Below are positions 51,803 to 64,000 of a stretch of 64,000 bases of DNA, piece by piece. Made by a program: the position numbers and the translations under genes. Each line of letters opens with the position of its first letter. Position 1 is the first letter of the stretch. The DNA comes from Mobula hypostoma. Taxonomy: Eukaryota. The notes beneath the pieces are model-generated. The model was not told the origin of the DNA and did not search any database. It saw only the letters and a list, made by a program, of their open reading frames with translations. The DNA is taken from the NCBI RefSeq assembly GCF_963921235.1, contig NC_086108.1, positions 106,952,001 to 107,016,000 of the forward strand, in the 5' to 3' direction.

Positions 51803-52699
51803 ACCCGAGATCTTTGGGCACAGAGCTCAGAAAATCGACGCAACAGACTTTGAACGTCGCGAATTGGTGAGTTGTTTGTTATGTCTCCCCTCTCGCAGTG
51901 AACGGGGACACCCTTTTTCCCTTATTAAGGAGAGAGAGAGCCTGTGGCATCTCAAATTACCAGGTGAGCAAGTAGTCTTTTGGGGTACTGCAAGTCCATG
52001 TCTTTATTGATGCTTTGCTGCATGCTTGAGTGCTCGGTGGGGGGCACCAATGTTTTTATTGCTGATGGGTGGGGGGAATCATTGGTTTCCTGCTGCTTAT
52101 GCTTGTGGGGGGGGGGGTTGCTGAGGGAGCTTTGGGGTTCTAACATTTAACTGTCACTCATTCTCTGGGGCATTCCTCTGTTTTCATGGATGGTTACAAA
52201 GAAAAAGAATTTCAGGATCTATATGGTATACATTTCTCTGACATTAAATGTACCTTTGAAACCACTGAAACCTTTGAAAACCCAATTAGAACCAAATAGA
52301 GTCCATTTTTTGCAAAGAGATCAACGTGATCATTGTGTTGCTGTACTGAGGTAGTGATTCAAGTTGTGCTGGTTGGTTGAAAAACCAAATGATTGAAGGG
52401 AAATAGTTGATCTTGAACCTGGTGTGGGACTTCAGGTTTCTGTACCTCCTATCCAGTGGTGGCTGTAAATAGATGCCATGGCCTGGAGGGTGGGGATCTT
52501 TGATGATGGATGTTGCCTTTTTGAGGCAGCATCTCCTGTTGATACCACTGACAGTGGGAGGGATGTGCCCATGTTGTACTGGGCAGAATCCTTGGTTCCC
52601 AAGGTCAAAATGCTTAATACCAAAGGGTATGTATTTAAGGTGAGAGGGGGAAATTTTAAAAGAGATGTGTGGAGCAATTGTTTTACCATAAAAATTGGG

Positions 52700-53005
52700 G
52701 GCAGTATGATAATGTAGTGTTTAGCACAATACTTTACAATACCAATGACCCAGGTTTGATTCCCGCCAGAGTCTGTAAGGAGCTGATACGTTCTTCCCAT
52801 GACCATGTGGGTTTCCTCCGTGTGCTCCTGTTTTCTCCCAGAGTCCAAAGGTGTACCAGTTGGTACAGTAGGTTAATTGGTCACTGTAAATTGTCCCATG
52901 ATTAGACTAGGGTTAAATAGGTGGGTTGCTGGGCGACGCGGATTGAAGGGTGGGAAGGACTTGTTCTGCACTGTATCTATAAAATGAATGAATAAATGAA
53001 TAAAT
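52700..53005 (+). mobile_element. HE1-type V-SINE
   Basis: tRNA-like head (ggtttgattccc), V-domain tgtgggtttcctccgtgtgctcctgttttctccca, CR1-like tail and (GAAT/AAAT)n end. Confidence 0.8.
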
Positions 53006-53289
53006 CACTAGCTGAATGTACCTTGTTTGTTTGTAGTGTTGTTCACTGAGCCTGGAAGACTGGGATTTTAAAGCTCTTCACCGGACCTGCACGAGAACAT
53101 TTCTGCTTAGTGAGCAGGTGTAACTAATAAAGTGGCCCCGGAGTGTATAACTAGATATTCGATGAAACAGTGGAACTGACCACTATTCCACTGATCTATG
53201 CTGACTTTCTACACAAACCCTTTCATTGAATTATATTTCCATATGACATTTATGGAGGATATTCAGTCCATCACATCACACACAAAATA

Positions 53290-53790
53290 CAGAAGCCAAA
53301 ATAAGAAGGTCGGGGGGAGGGAAAGAGTACAAACTGGCAGGTGATAGGTGAAACCAGGAGAGGGGGAAGGTAGGTGAATAGGGAAGGAGTAATGAAGTGA
53401 GAAGCTGGGACATGACGGGTGTAAAAAATCCATTACGAGAGAAGACTGGACCATGGGAGAAAGGGATGGAGGAGAGGAACTAGAAAGAGACGATCAGCAG
53501 GTGAGGAGAAGAGAAGGTTAAGAGGGAAGCAGAATGGAGAATGGCAAAAAAGAATGAAGGGGAAGGGGAATAGTTACAGGAAGTTGAGAAATCGACGTTC
53601 AGGCCATCAGGTTGGAGTCTAACCAGGCAGAATATGAGATGTGGCTCCTGCAAGCTTAGAATTTCCTCATCGCGGCAGTAGAGGAGGCCACGAACTGACA
53701 TGTCATAGTAGGAACAGGAGGGAGAGTTAAAGTGGGGTCACTGTGAAATCACACCTGTTGTGGTGAATGGAGTGAAGAAGAGCCTATACC
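53290..53790 (-). mobile_element. Penelope-like ORF C-terminal fragment
   Basis: MSVRGLLYCRDE...QEPHLIFCLVRLQPDGLNVDFS, the same motif as 26483-26630. Confidence 0.8.
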
Positions 53791-54031
53791 AGCGCAGCTC
53801 ACAGAGCAGTCCCATTCCTCCGTCAAATTTTTCAGATGACCGATTATCTCCAATTTCTTATTGCCTTCCTCCAGACTTGCCACTCACCTCCTCACTAGGA
53901 ACAATTTGGAATGTGCCACATGTCTGGAGTGTAAAACATAGGACAAGGTACAGCTCGTGGTGAAAGAGAAGATAGGTAGCTCAGGTTGGCTGCTTGTTTG
54001 CCGGGCTGTTCGCCGAGCCTGGAGGTTCGGC

Positions 54032-54073
54032 CGCAAACATTTCTTCACCAGTTGAGGTGACGTCATCAGTGCG
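54032..54073 (-). ncRNA. Degenerate minimal hammerhead of a second Penelope-like family
   Basis: Minus strand CGCA-CTGATGA-CGTCACC-TCAACT-GGTGAA-GAAA-TG-TT-TGCG: helix I CGCA/UGCG and helix II UCACC/GGUGA. Confidence 0.6.
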
Positions 54074-54259
54074 CATTTGAGTGTTGTTTCTGCCGCGTGC
54101 TCATGTTTGTATTAGTCCGACTCAATGCTCTGCATGGTTGGTCATCAAGCTGGCCGCTAGTCTCCACTTTATTAGTTACACCTGCTCGGTGAGCAACAGA
54201 AGTGTCCTCACGCAGGTCCGGCGAAGAGCTTTAAAATCCCAGTCTCTTTAAAAAAGAGG

Positions 54260-57200
54260 TAGCGGTGCAGACATCTTGGGAGTGATCGTTGTCGGAGTAG
54301 TCTTGAATCAGAGTGGTAAGGCCTTGGCTCAACAGGGCTTCAGTGAGAACAGGCAGAGGCAAGGTAAGTAGTAAAGTCATTCCTCATTTCCTAGTTAATT
54401 CTTGAGAAAATAGAGAGTATGTCTACGGGGCCAGTGTTCTGTTATGGATGACAGATTTGGGATTTCCAGGAGACTTCCAACCTCCCTCATGGTACATTTT
54501 GGTACCAATGCCATAAGTAGAAAAAGGGAGAACAACCTGATAAAAGAATACAGGGAATTAGGAAGGAAGCTGAGATGCAGGACCTCAAAGGTAGTAATCT
54601 TGGGATTGCTGCCTGGGCCACGCGACAGTAAGGATAGGAATAGAATGAGGTGACAGCTAAATGCCTGGCTGAAGAATCGGAGCAAGGGGCAGGGATTCAG
54701 ATTTCTGAAAAATTGGGCCCTCTGCTGGGGCAGGTAGCACCTGTACAAAAGCAACGGGTTGCACTTGTATCCGTGGGGGACCAATATTCTTGCGGGCAGG
54801 TTTACTAGAGCTTTTAGGAGTGGGTTCAACTGATATGACAGGGGGGTGGGAACCCATAAGACAGAGCTGAGGATGAGCCAATAGGTTTACAAGTAGATGA
54901 TGGATGTAACATGAACAGAAGGAAGGACAAGCCAGTGACTGGGTACAACTGCAGACAGAGCAAAGAGTTAAATTGTACCACAGATGTAAAACTAAAAAGG
55001 GCAAAAAATGCAGGACTGAAGTTGCTGTATTTAAAATATGTGTAGCATTCCAAATAATATGGACCAACTAGTGGCACAATTACAGATTGGTCGGTATGAC
55101 GTTGTGGGCATCACTGAGTTGTGGCTGAAAGAAGGCCATAGTTGGAAGCTTAACATCAAAGGATATACTTGGTATCAAAAAGACAGGCAGGAAGGCACAG
55201 GTGGTGGTGTGACTCTGTTGGTAAGAGATGGAATTACATCTTTAGAAAGAGGTGACATAGGGTCAGAGAATGTGGAATCTTTGTGGGTGGAGTTAAGAAA
55301 TTGCAAGGGAAGGGAAAAAACATCATGGGAATCATATATAGGCCTCCAAATAGTAGCCATTTTATGGGGTTCAGATTGCAAAGGGGGCTAGAAAAGGTAT
55401 GTATTAAGGTGTGTGGCCTCCGTCGGTCGTGGTCGACCATGGGTACTGTGCCTCTAGTAGAGTCTCTAGGGCGCAAGCCAGGGTAATAACACAATTGTAA
55501 TGGGGGACTTCAATATGCAAGGGGATTGGAAAAATCAGGTGGGTGTCAAATAGCAAGAGGGGGAATTTGTTGAATGCCTATGAGATGGCATTTTAGAGCA
55601 GCTTGCGCTTGAGTCTACTTGGAGAAAGGCTAGCCTAGATTGGGTGTTGTGTAATAACCCAGTTCTTATTAGAGAGCTTAATATAAAGGAACCCTTCAGA
55701 GTCAGTGATCATAATTTGACTGTGAATTCATGCTGCAACTTGAGATAGAGAAGCATAACTCACATGTATCAGTATCTCAATGGAATAAAGGGAATTACAG
55801 TGGCATGAGAGAGGAGCTTGCACAGGTGGATTGGAGGAGGATACTGGCAAGGATGACAGCAGTGCAGAGATGACTGAAGTTTCTGGGAATAGTTCACAAG
55901 GCGCAGGATAGAAATGTACCATAGAAGAAGTTGTTCTCAAATAGGGCAGGAGTAGGCAACTGTGGCTGACAAGGGAAGTTAAGGACTGCGTAAAAGCCAA
56001 GGTAGGAAAAGTGAGTGGGAAGTTCAGTGATTGGGAAGCTTTTAAAATCCAACAAGAGTCAACTAAAAAGGCTATAAGAAGGGAAAAGATGAAATATGAG
56101 GGCAAACTAGCCAATAATATAAAACAGGATGCCAGATGTTCTTCACTTATATAGAGAGTAAAAGGGAGGTGAGAGTTGATATTGGACCACTGGAAAATGA
56201 TGCTGGTAAGGTAGTAATAGGGGACACAGAAACGGCAGATGAACTTAATAGGTACTTTGTATCGCTCCTCACTGTGGAAGACACTAACAGTATGCCAGAG
56301 GTCTGAGTGTCAGGGAGCAGGAGTGAGGGCCATTGCTATTACAAAGGAAAAACTGCTGGGCAAACTCAAAGTTCTTAAGGTGAATAAGTCTCCTGGACTA
56401 GATGGACTGCATGCCAAAGTCCTGAGAAAGGTTGCTAAAGATATAATGGATGCAATGGTCATGAATTTTCAAGAATCACCTGATTCTGGCATGGTACTGG
56501 AGGACTGGGAGATGGCAAATGTCACTGCACTCCTTAAGAAGGCAGGAAGGCAAAAGAAAGGAAATTATAGGCCAATTAACCTAATCTCAGTGGCTGGGAA
56601 ATTGTTAGAGTCCACTATTAAGGATGAGGTTTTGGGCTACTTGGGGACTAATGATAAAATAAGTCAAAGTCACCATGGTTTCTGCCAAGGGAAATCTTGC
56701 CTGACAAATCTGTTAGAGTTCTTTGAGGAAGTAACAAGCAGGGTGGACAAAGGAGAAGCAGTGGATATTATTTACTTGGATTTTCAAAAGGCATTTGATA
56801 AGCTGCCACACATGAGGCTACTAAAACAAGATAAGATCCTATGACATTACAGGAAAGATACAGGCATGTATATAGCGGAATGGCTGACAGGCAGGAGGCA
56901 ACGAGTGGGAATCAAAGGGGGCCTTTTCTGGTCGGCTGCCAGTGACTAGTGGTGTTCCTCAGGGGTCAGTATTGGGACTGCTACTTTTCACATTGTTTGC
57001 TCATGATTTGGATAATGGAGTTGATGGCTTTGGGGCAAAGTTTATAGATAATATCAAGATAGGTGGAGGGGTAGGTAGTGCTAAGGAGGCAATGCCATTG
57101 CAGTGGGACTTAGACAAGTTGGAAGAATGGGGAAAAAGTGGCAGATGGAATACAGTGTTGGGAAGTTTATGATAATGCATTTTGGTAAAAGGAGCATTAG

Positions 57201-57935
57201 TGTGGACTATTATTTAAATTGGGTGAAGTTTCAAATAACAGGTGTGCAGAGGAACTTAGGAGTCCTCATGCAAGACTCCCAGAAGGCTAATTTACAGGTT
57301 GAGTCTGTGGTAAAGAAGGCAAATGCAATTTTGGCTTCTATTTCAAGGGGAATAAAATGTAAAAGCAAGGAGATAAGACTCTAGTCAGGCCAACAATTTT
57401 GGGGCACATATCTTAGAAAGGATGTCTTGTCATTGGAGAGAGTCCCAAGGAGGTTCACAAAGATGATTCTGGGAATGAAGGGGTTAACATGTGAGGCGTG
57501 TTTGGCAGCTTTGGGCCTGTACTCACTGGAATTTAGAAGAATGCAGGGGAATCTCATTGAAACCTGCCAAATGTTGAATGGACTAGATAGGGTGGATGTG
57601 GAGAAGATGTTTGCTATGGTGCGTGTATCCAGAACTAGAGGGCACAGCCTCAAAATTGAAGGGTGACCTTTTACAACAGAAGGTAAGGAGGAATTTTTTG
57701 GCCAGTGTGGTGAATCTGTGGAATGCTTTGCTGCTGACTATGGTGGAAGCCAGGTCCATGGGTGTACTTGAGTTGGAGATTAATCATTTCCTAGTTTGTC
57801 AGGCTATCAAAGGATATGGTGAGAAGGCAGGTGTAAGGTGTTGAGTGGGATGCGGGATCAGCCATGATGGAAAGGTAGAGCGGACTCGATGGGCTGAATG
57901 GCATAATTCTGCTCCTATGTCTTATGTTCTTCTGG
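54260..57935 (+). mobile_element. Near full-length, heavily degraded CR1 LINE
   Basis: ORF1 esterase remnant (VHFGTNAI...VVILGLLP), endonuclease (VGITELWL, IYRPP), RT (KSPGLDG, DFQKAFDK, GVPQGSVLG) and a CR1 tail. A ~70-bp RTE-related insert is at about 55409-55479. Confidence 0.92.
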
Positions 57936-57939
57936 TCTT

Positions 57940-58450
57940 ATTAATGCAAATACTTAATCAGCCAGTCATGTGGAAGCAACTCAATGCATATAAGTATGCA
58001 GATGTGGTAAAGAGGTTCAGTTGTTGTTCAGACCAAACATCAGAATGAGGAAGAAATGTGATATTCCTCTGAGGAACGATTTTTGGTTCCAAATGGGGTG
58101 GTTTGATTGTCTCAGAAACAGCTGATCTCCTGGGGTTTTCACAGATAACAGTCTCTGGAGCTTACAGAGAATGGTGCAAAAAACTGGGTTGGGCAGTTCT
58201 GTTGGCGAAAACACCTTGTTGATGAGAGAGATCAGAGGAGAACGGCCAGACTGGTTCAAGCTGAGAGGAAGGAGACAGTAACTCAAATGACTGTGCTTTA
58301 TAACACCGGTGTGCAGAAGAGCATTGCCAAATGCACAACGCATCGAACCTTGAAGTGGATGGGCTACAGCAGCAGAAGACCACAAATACACACCCAGTGG
58401 CTACTCTATTAGATACAGGAGGTAGCTAATAAAGTGGCCACTGAAAGTAT
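57940..58450 (+). mobile_element. Non-autonomous Tc1 element, 5'-clipped
   Basis: Reverse-orientation homologue of 17805-18503, ending ctaataaagtggccactgaaagta. Confidence 0.8.
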
Positions 58451-58705
58451 ATATTGTTTTTCAACAAGCCAAACTTCTGAACCTGACATTCCCATCTCAC
58501 CAGCAGAGGCAAGCATTAGCAGTGGACATATAAAGCACAAGAAATCACAATTGAGCTTTGGCATTGTAATTATTTGAGAATGGAGAAAAGAGAAATGCCA
58601 CAATTGAACTTATCCTTACTACTATTGTACTGACTCTGCAGTGCATGACTGATTCCCAATACCCAACTAATGGTCAGACACCTGGTAGATAATCTGCTCC
58701 ACGTA

Positions 58706-59573
58706 CACTCAGTGGCCACTTTATTCAGTTCTTCTTGCATCTGATAGTGTTGCAACTGAGTGCATGTCTATCTTCTTCTGCTGCTGTAGCCCATCCGCTT
58801 CAAGGTTCAATGCGTTGTGTGTTCAGAGATGTTCTGCATATCATGTTGTATTGCATAGCTGTAAGAGTTAATGTCGCCTTCCAGTCAGCTTGAACCAGTC
58901 TGGACATTCTGTTCTGACCTCACTCATTAACAAGGCTATTTCACCCACAGTCCTGCCACACACCAGATTTTTTTTTGTTTTTTTTGCTTTTCACACCATT
59001 ACCAGGCCATGTCATCAGAAAGGGAGAAATAGAATGCCTTGCATTACATTACAAGGCCGTATGCCTGGGAAACGCGCAAGAGGAAGGCAAAGAAGAAAAT
59101 ATATGGACACTGTGAAAGAATTAACAGATCTAAGTGTGCGAGATATCATTGATGTTGTGAGGGATCGTTTGATGTGGAGTGCCATGATCGCCCAAGCATG
59201 TAATGCGCAAGGCACATGAAGAAGAAGAAGACCAGAGATCTATGGACCACTTGGTTAATGGTAGGGGTCTATGGTATTAAAAAAAAAGGATAGGAACTCC
59301 TGCTATAGAGAAAGTTGTGCATGAAAATCCTAAGAGGTCAGCAGTTTTTAAGATACTCAACCCACCCCATCTGGCACCAACAGTCATTCCACTCTCAAAG
59401 TCACTTAAGTCACGTTTCTTTACCATTCTGAGATTTGGTCTAAACAACAACTGAACTTCTTGACCAGATCTGCATGTTTTTATGCATTGAGTTGCTGCCT
59501 CATGATTGGCTGATTAAATATTTGCATTAACAAGCAGGTGTACAAGTGTACCTAATAAAGTGGCCACTGAGAG
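58706..59573 (-). mobile_element. Non-autonomous Tc1 element with nested insertions
   Basis: TA|CACTCAGTGGCCACTTTATT ... AATAAAGTGGCCACTGAGAG|TA terminal inverted repeats. Confidence 0.88.
59003..59230 (+). mobile_element. RTE LINE extreme 3' fragment
   Basis: QGRMPGKRARGRQRRKYMD...RDR..W...QGT-stop followed by a (GAA)n tail. Confidence 0.85.
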
Positions 59574-59889
59574 TATCTTCTCACATCTATTGTGCTTCCT
59601 ACAGAAGAGTCTCATTAATTTAAAAAATGCTTAATAATGCCCTCTTTGCAAAAAATTTGCCGTGTGTATATAGCTTTTGTTTTGAACATCATTCAGTTGC
59701 ATATTCTGAGATCTAGTTTATAGTTTTTAAAGAACAATGTACATACTTTGTTAATTTCTTAGTTAATTTTTCTTTCAAATTGATGTTATAACCGTTCCGC
59801 AGACTCCCGCTGTTGAGAAGTTGTACTGGTGATTGTCAGCCTGTCAGTTCTGGATGCTGGGCTGGAAGCTCATTCAGTGTCCTGTCATT

Positions 59890-60110
59890 GTACTGGAGTT
59901 CTGCATGAATGCAGCTCCAACAACTCTCAAGGAGTCCGACAGCATCCAGGACAAAGCCGCCCATTTGATTGGCAGGCCATCATCCACGCTAAACTCTTTC
60001 TTGCCTGCACCACTGACACAGAGTGGCTGCATTGTGTAGCATCTACAAACTCCATAGCTGTGTCGAAGCTACTCAGACAGCGCTTCCTAAACCTTGCGTC
60101 CTGAGAGAGG
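59890..60110 (+). mobile_element. Ancient CR1-group LINE C-terminal fragment
   Basis: MNAAPTTLKESDSIQDKAAHLIG resembles the LD.IQ.KA.RLI motif of CR1/L2-group ORF2 C-termini. Confidence 0.55.
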
Positions 60111-60539
60111 TATGAATTCAGCACTACAGAAAGACCAGTTGATAATTGTACTCAGAATGTGAGCACAGAACAGGCCTTTGGCCTGTGATGGTGTGCCAAA
60201 GTAATTAAAGACATAATTAAAAACCTAACCAAACTAATCCCTTCTGCTTATGCAATATCTTATCCATCCATTCATGTGCCTAAGAGCCTCTAAAATGTCT
60301 CTTTTGTATTTGTCGCTACTATCACCACCCTCTGGCTGTAGAAATTTCCTCTCATTTCCATTCTAAAGGGATATCCTTGTATTCTGAAGCTGTGCCCTTT
60401 TGTTCTCGATTCCCCTAATATAGAAAATACCCTCTCCACATCCACTCTAGTGAGGCCTTTCAATATTTGATATGTTACGATAAGATCACCCCTCATTTTT
60501 CTAAACACTAGTGATTAAAGGCCATCAAGTGCTCCTCTT

Positions 60540-61100
60540 GGGTTCAATGTCCATTTAGAAATCAGATGACAGAGAGGAAGAAAGTGTTCCTGAATCTCTG
60601 AGTGTGTACCTTCAGCCTTCTGTACCTCTTTCTCAATGGTAATAGTGAGAAGAGGGAATGTGCTGGGTGGTGGGGATCCTTAATGATGGATGCTGCCTTC
60701 CTGAGGCACCACTCCTTGAAGATGTCTTCAATACTACGGAGCTGGTACCCAAGATGGACCTGACTAATTTTACAAGTTTCTGCAACTTGTTTTGCAGATT
60801 TTACAAGTTTCGATCTTGTGCAGTAGACCACCCCATACCAGATGGCGATGCAGCCAGTCAGAGTTCTCTCCATGGTATATTTGTAGAAGTTTTTGAGTGT
60901 TTTAGTTGACAAACCAAATCTCCTCAAACTCCCAATGAAATATAGCCACTGTCTCGCCTTCTTTATATCTGCATCAATATGTTGTGTCCTTAGAGATTTT
61001 GACACCCAGGACTTGAGATTGCTTACTTCTGGTCCTCTATGAGGATTGGTATCTATTCCCCATGTCTTATCCTTAAGTCCACAAGCAGCTCTTTGGTCAC
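60540..61100 (-). mobile_element. Rex1/Babar-like LINE 3' fragment
   Basis: ORF KKARQWLYFIGSLRRFGLS...TGCIAIWYG...IIKDPHHPAHSLFSLLP..KRYRRLK..TQRFRNTFF. Confidence 0.85.
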
Positions 61101-61998
61101 ACAAAACAGCCTCTAGAGTTTACAGAGAATGGTGTGAAAAACAAAAATCATCTAGTGAGCGGCAGTTTGTGGGCGAGGGAGGTCAGAGGACGATAGCCAG
61201 ACTGGTTCAAGCTGACAGGTAGGTGACATCCCGAGACCCTCCGATGGTTGGGGTCGACCATGGATGTTGTGACCCAGTTCTCTATGTGATACTCAAGCCA
61301 GGGCAGTACAATATAGAGAGCAAGCTGTTGCCCATGTAATAGGCTCCCAAGCTGTATGCAGCTGATGAATCCAAAGGAACAGTAGAGACTGATACAGTTT
61401 GACAACAGTGGCAGTCAGGAGTTGACAGTCAGCGTTGGACTCAATGTAGGACTGCCTTAGGGACTCCAGCTCCTGATGTTTCCTTGAGGTTTGCACCCAA
61501 AGCCTTCTCCATGAGAGGGTATAGTCACTAGACAGCCAAGGTTCGAGATCAGAGATTTCTATCTCCTAGAAGAGCTGTCAGCTATGGGTGATAAACCCTA
61601 TCTGCCCAAAGTGACTGGTTTTAAGGGGCCAGGAACCTGTCTTTGCCACTTCTCCTGTCAGTAGAAACAGCTCTGCCTAGCTTAGCAGCTCAGCCAGATG
61701 TGAAGGCCAGGAGATGGACTTGGCTGCCAGAGGCTATTTGAGATGCACACCTTTGGGAGAATTTAATGGTTTTTTGGGAGATTATCCCCTCAACCTGACT
61801 ATAACAACCTTTAGGAACCAAGGTGATCGTCTCTCATATAAAGATGTGTTACAACAGTGATGTGCAGAAGAGCATCTCTGAACAAACAGCACATCAATCC
61901 TTGAAGTGAATACACTACAACAGCGAAAAATCACAACTGTACATTCAGTGGCCACTTTATTAGGCACAGTCCTGTACCAAATCGAGTGGCCACTGAGT
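61100..61998 (+). mobile_element. Tc1 element remnant split by an RTE-related insertion (~61233-61800)
   Basis: Tc1 sequence at 61100-61228 resumes at about 61840 and ends gtggccactgagta. The insert starts cctccgatggttggggtcgaccatgg and contains gttgcccatg, like the RTE-type tails. Confidence 0.65.
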
Positions 61999-62875
61999 AG
62001 ATGTTCATTTATTTCAGAAATGTTAATGTCGCCCTGTAGCTGACAATAAGGGATGTGAATTAAGGCTCCTGACTTGAAACCCCAACTGTGTATTTTCCCA
62101 CTATTCACCTGGGAGAGCTTCCTCTCATTCCTAGATGGTCAGTGGTCATATGACTCCAGCTGGGTCTGTCATTTTGTTTTTCTTTAAATTCCATATGTCA
62201 ATCAGTATTTTAAGCGGCTGGACTGCAATAATGTTGGCCACAGCTGAGAAGAAACAGCTGCCGCACACGTGTAGTCCAGATATTTATAGGGTTCTTCTTT
62301 GATAGTCTAACTTTTCTCCATGTTCATCGGATTTGAAATACATGCTAACTGACCAACGATGAAGCTGTTTGAAAATCTGCCATACCTGCTCTTAATACTT
62401 TCAAAGTCGCTCTTGTACATTTGCTGAATTTTTAGTTTTTTTTTCATCAATTTATGGTGCTTTAAATCATAAAAAAAATCATGGTGTGTGGCATTGATTT
62501 CAAACAGAGCTGAATCTTGGAGGAGCTGTAGAACAGATGGGAGATAGTAAAAGCCTCCTGAGTACACGCAATCAGACTCCAATCTATCCCACTATATCTT
62601 CACTACGTTTGTCTCTTTCCTGTCATTGGGGTCATGGAATTTTGACCTGGCCCTTACAGAGTGGATGGCTAAAATGTTCTGAGTTACTTGTCATTGTGAA
62701 TGTTGCAGAGGCCTCTGATCAGTGACCAAACTGTATGGAATTGGAATTGGTTTATTATTGTCACATAGGACCATAAGACATTGGAGCAGAGTTAGGCCAT
62801 CTGGCCCACTGAGTCTCCTCAACCATTCCATCTTGGCTTAATTCAAGTGGTCAAGTTTATTGTCATTTAACTATA

Positions 62876-63194
62876 CTTAATTTAAAGCATCCGTTAGTCT
62901 TGCGACACCATGGATCCGTGCCTGGAAAGTCTTCACTCTCCAGAGCGCAGGCCTGGGCAAGGTTGTATGGAAGACCAGCAGTTGCCCATGCTGCAAGTCT
63001 CCCCTCTCCATGACACCAATGTTGTCCAAGGGAAGGGCATTAGGACCCATACAGCTTGGCACCAGTGTCGTCGTAGAGCAATGTGTGATTAAGTGCCTTG
63101 CTCAAGGACACAATACGTTCCCTCGACTGGGGCTCGAACTCACGACCTTCAGGTCGCTAGTCCAATGCCTTAACCACTTGGCCACGTGCTCACC
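62876..63194 (-). mobile_element. tRNA-headed CORE-like SINE, second copy
   Basis: Highly similar to 14614-14912, with B box GTTCGAGCC. The 10-bp TSD TTTAACTATA is at 62866-62875 and 63195-63204. Confidence 0.82.
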
Positions 63195-64000
63195 TTTAAC
63201 TATATACATACAGTATATACTGTCAAACAAAGCAATGTTTCTTCGGACTAGGGAGTAAAGCACATAACACACATATACTGTAACACACAATAACTTAGGA
63301 AAGTAATAATTAAACCTACAAATTATGTGTAAATAAATTCCAATTCCATACAGTTTGGTCACAAAGTGTTTATTATTCCTCTTAACTCCATTCTCCTGCC
63401 TTCTCCCTGTAACCATTGATGCCCTGACTAATCAATAATCTATCAACCTCCACTTTAAATATACCCAATGAATTTGCCTCCATGGCTGACTGTGCAATGA
63501 ATTCCACAGATTCACCACGTGTAATGAAGTACAGTGAAAAACCTAGATTTGCTTGCCATACATACAAAACATCAGCACACTGAAGCAGTACAAGGGAAAA
63601 GGGATAAAAGAAGAAGGATATTGTGTTACAATTACAGAGAAAGTGCAGTGCGGGCAGACAACAGGGTGAGACAGAGAGGTCAATGCAAGATCAAGTTTGT
63701 CTTTAATGTACAAGAGGTCTGCTTATGGTTGGGTTTATTGTCATCTCCCCTAATACACGTACACACAGGTACAATTAAAAACTTATTTGCTGAACTATCA
63801 CAGAATAATTCATAAGAAAAACATACATTCAACATAAGTGATGGATTTAAAAAAGAAAATGGGGAGCATAGTAGTGTCACTTTGCAGTGGTGAGTTCAGT
63901 TACCACCACTGTCTATAAGTAGTTTTCACGTTCTCCCCATGACTGCTCCATTGTAGAAACTCAGTGGTCGGATGGTCTTTACCCGTGACGTTCTGGGCTG

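Overview
This is 64 kb of AT-rich, repeat-dense vertebrate DNA, probably intronic or intergenic. I found no host protein-coding exon that I can support. The repeat mix suggests a cartilaginous fish, probably a ray or skate (inference). It includes HER1-type CR1 LINEs, HE1-type V-SINEs, Deu-domain SINEs, Rex1/Babar, RTE and Neptune-type Penelope elements. The longer, recognisable ORFs in the supplied track are retroelement or transposase remnants; the rest look like chance ORFs. Main contents: two near-complete CR1 LINEs, a young 5'-truncated CR1 with an uninterrupted ~700-codon ORF2, L1, RTE, Rex/Babar and Hero-like fragments, a Gypsy-type solo LTR, and non-autonomous Tc1 and hAT elements. The most interesting signal is a family of short (110-340 bp), often palindromic Penelope-derived insertions. 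The youngest three have 11-16 bp target-site duplications (TSDs). They carry a minimal type I hammerhead ribozyme motif whose helix III has no loop, so it could plausibly cleave only as a dimer. A second, unrelated hammerhead lies at about 54.05 kb, and hammerhead-like core words recur in two Hero-like 3' UTRs. Several repeat-free, TAAT-rich blocks are candidate conserved non-coding elements. Family names come from recognising motifs by eye, with no database search. Boundaries of old repeats are approximate.
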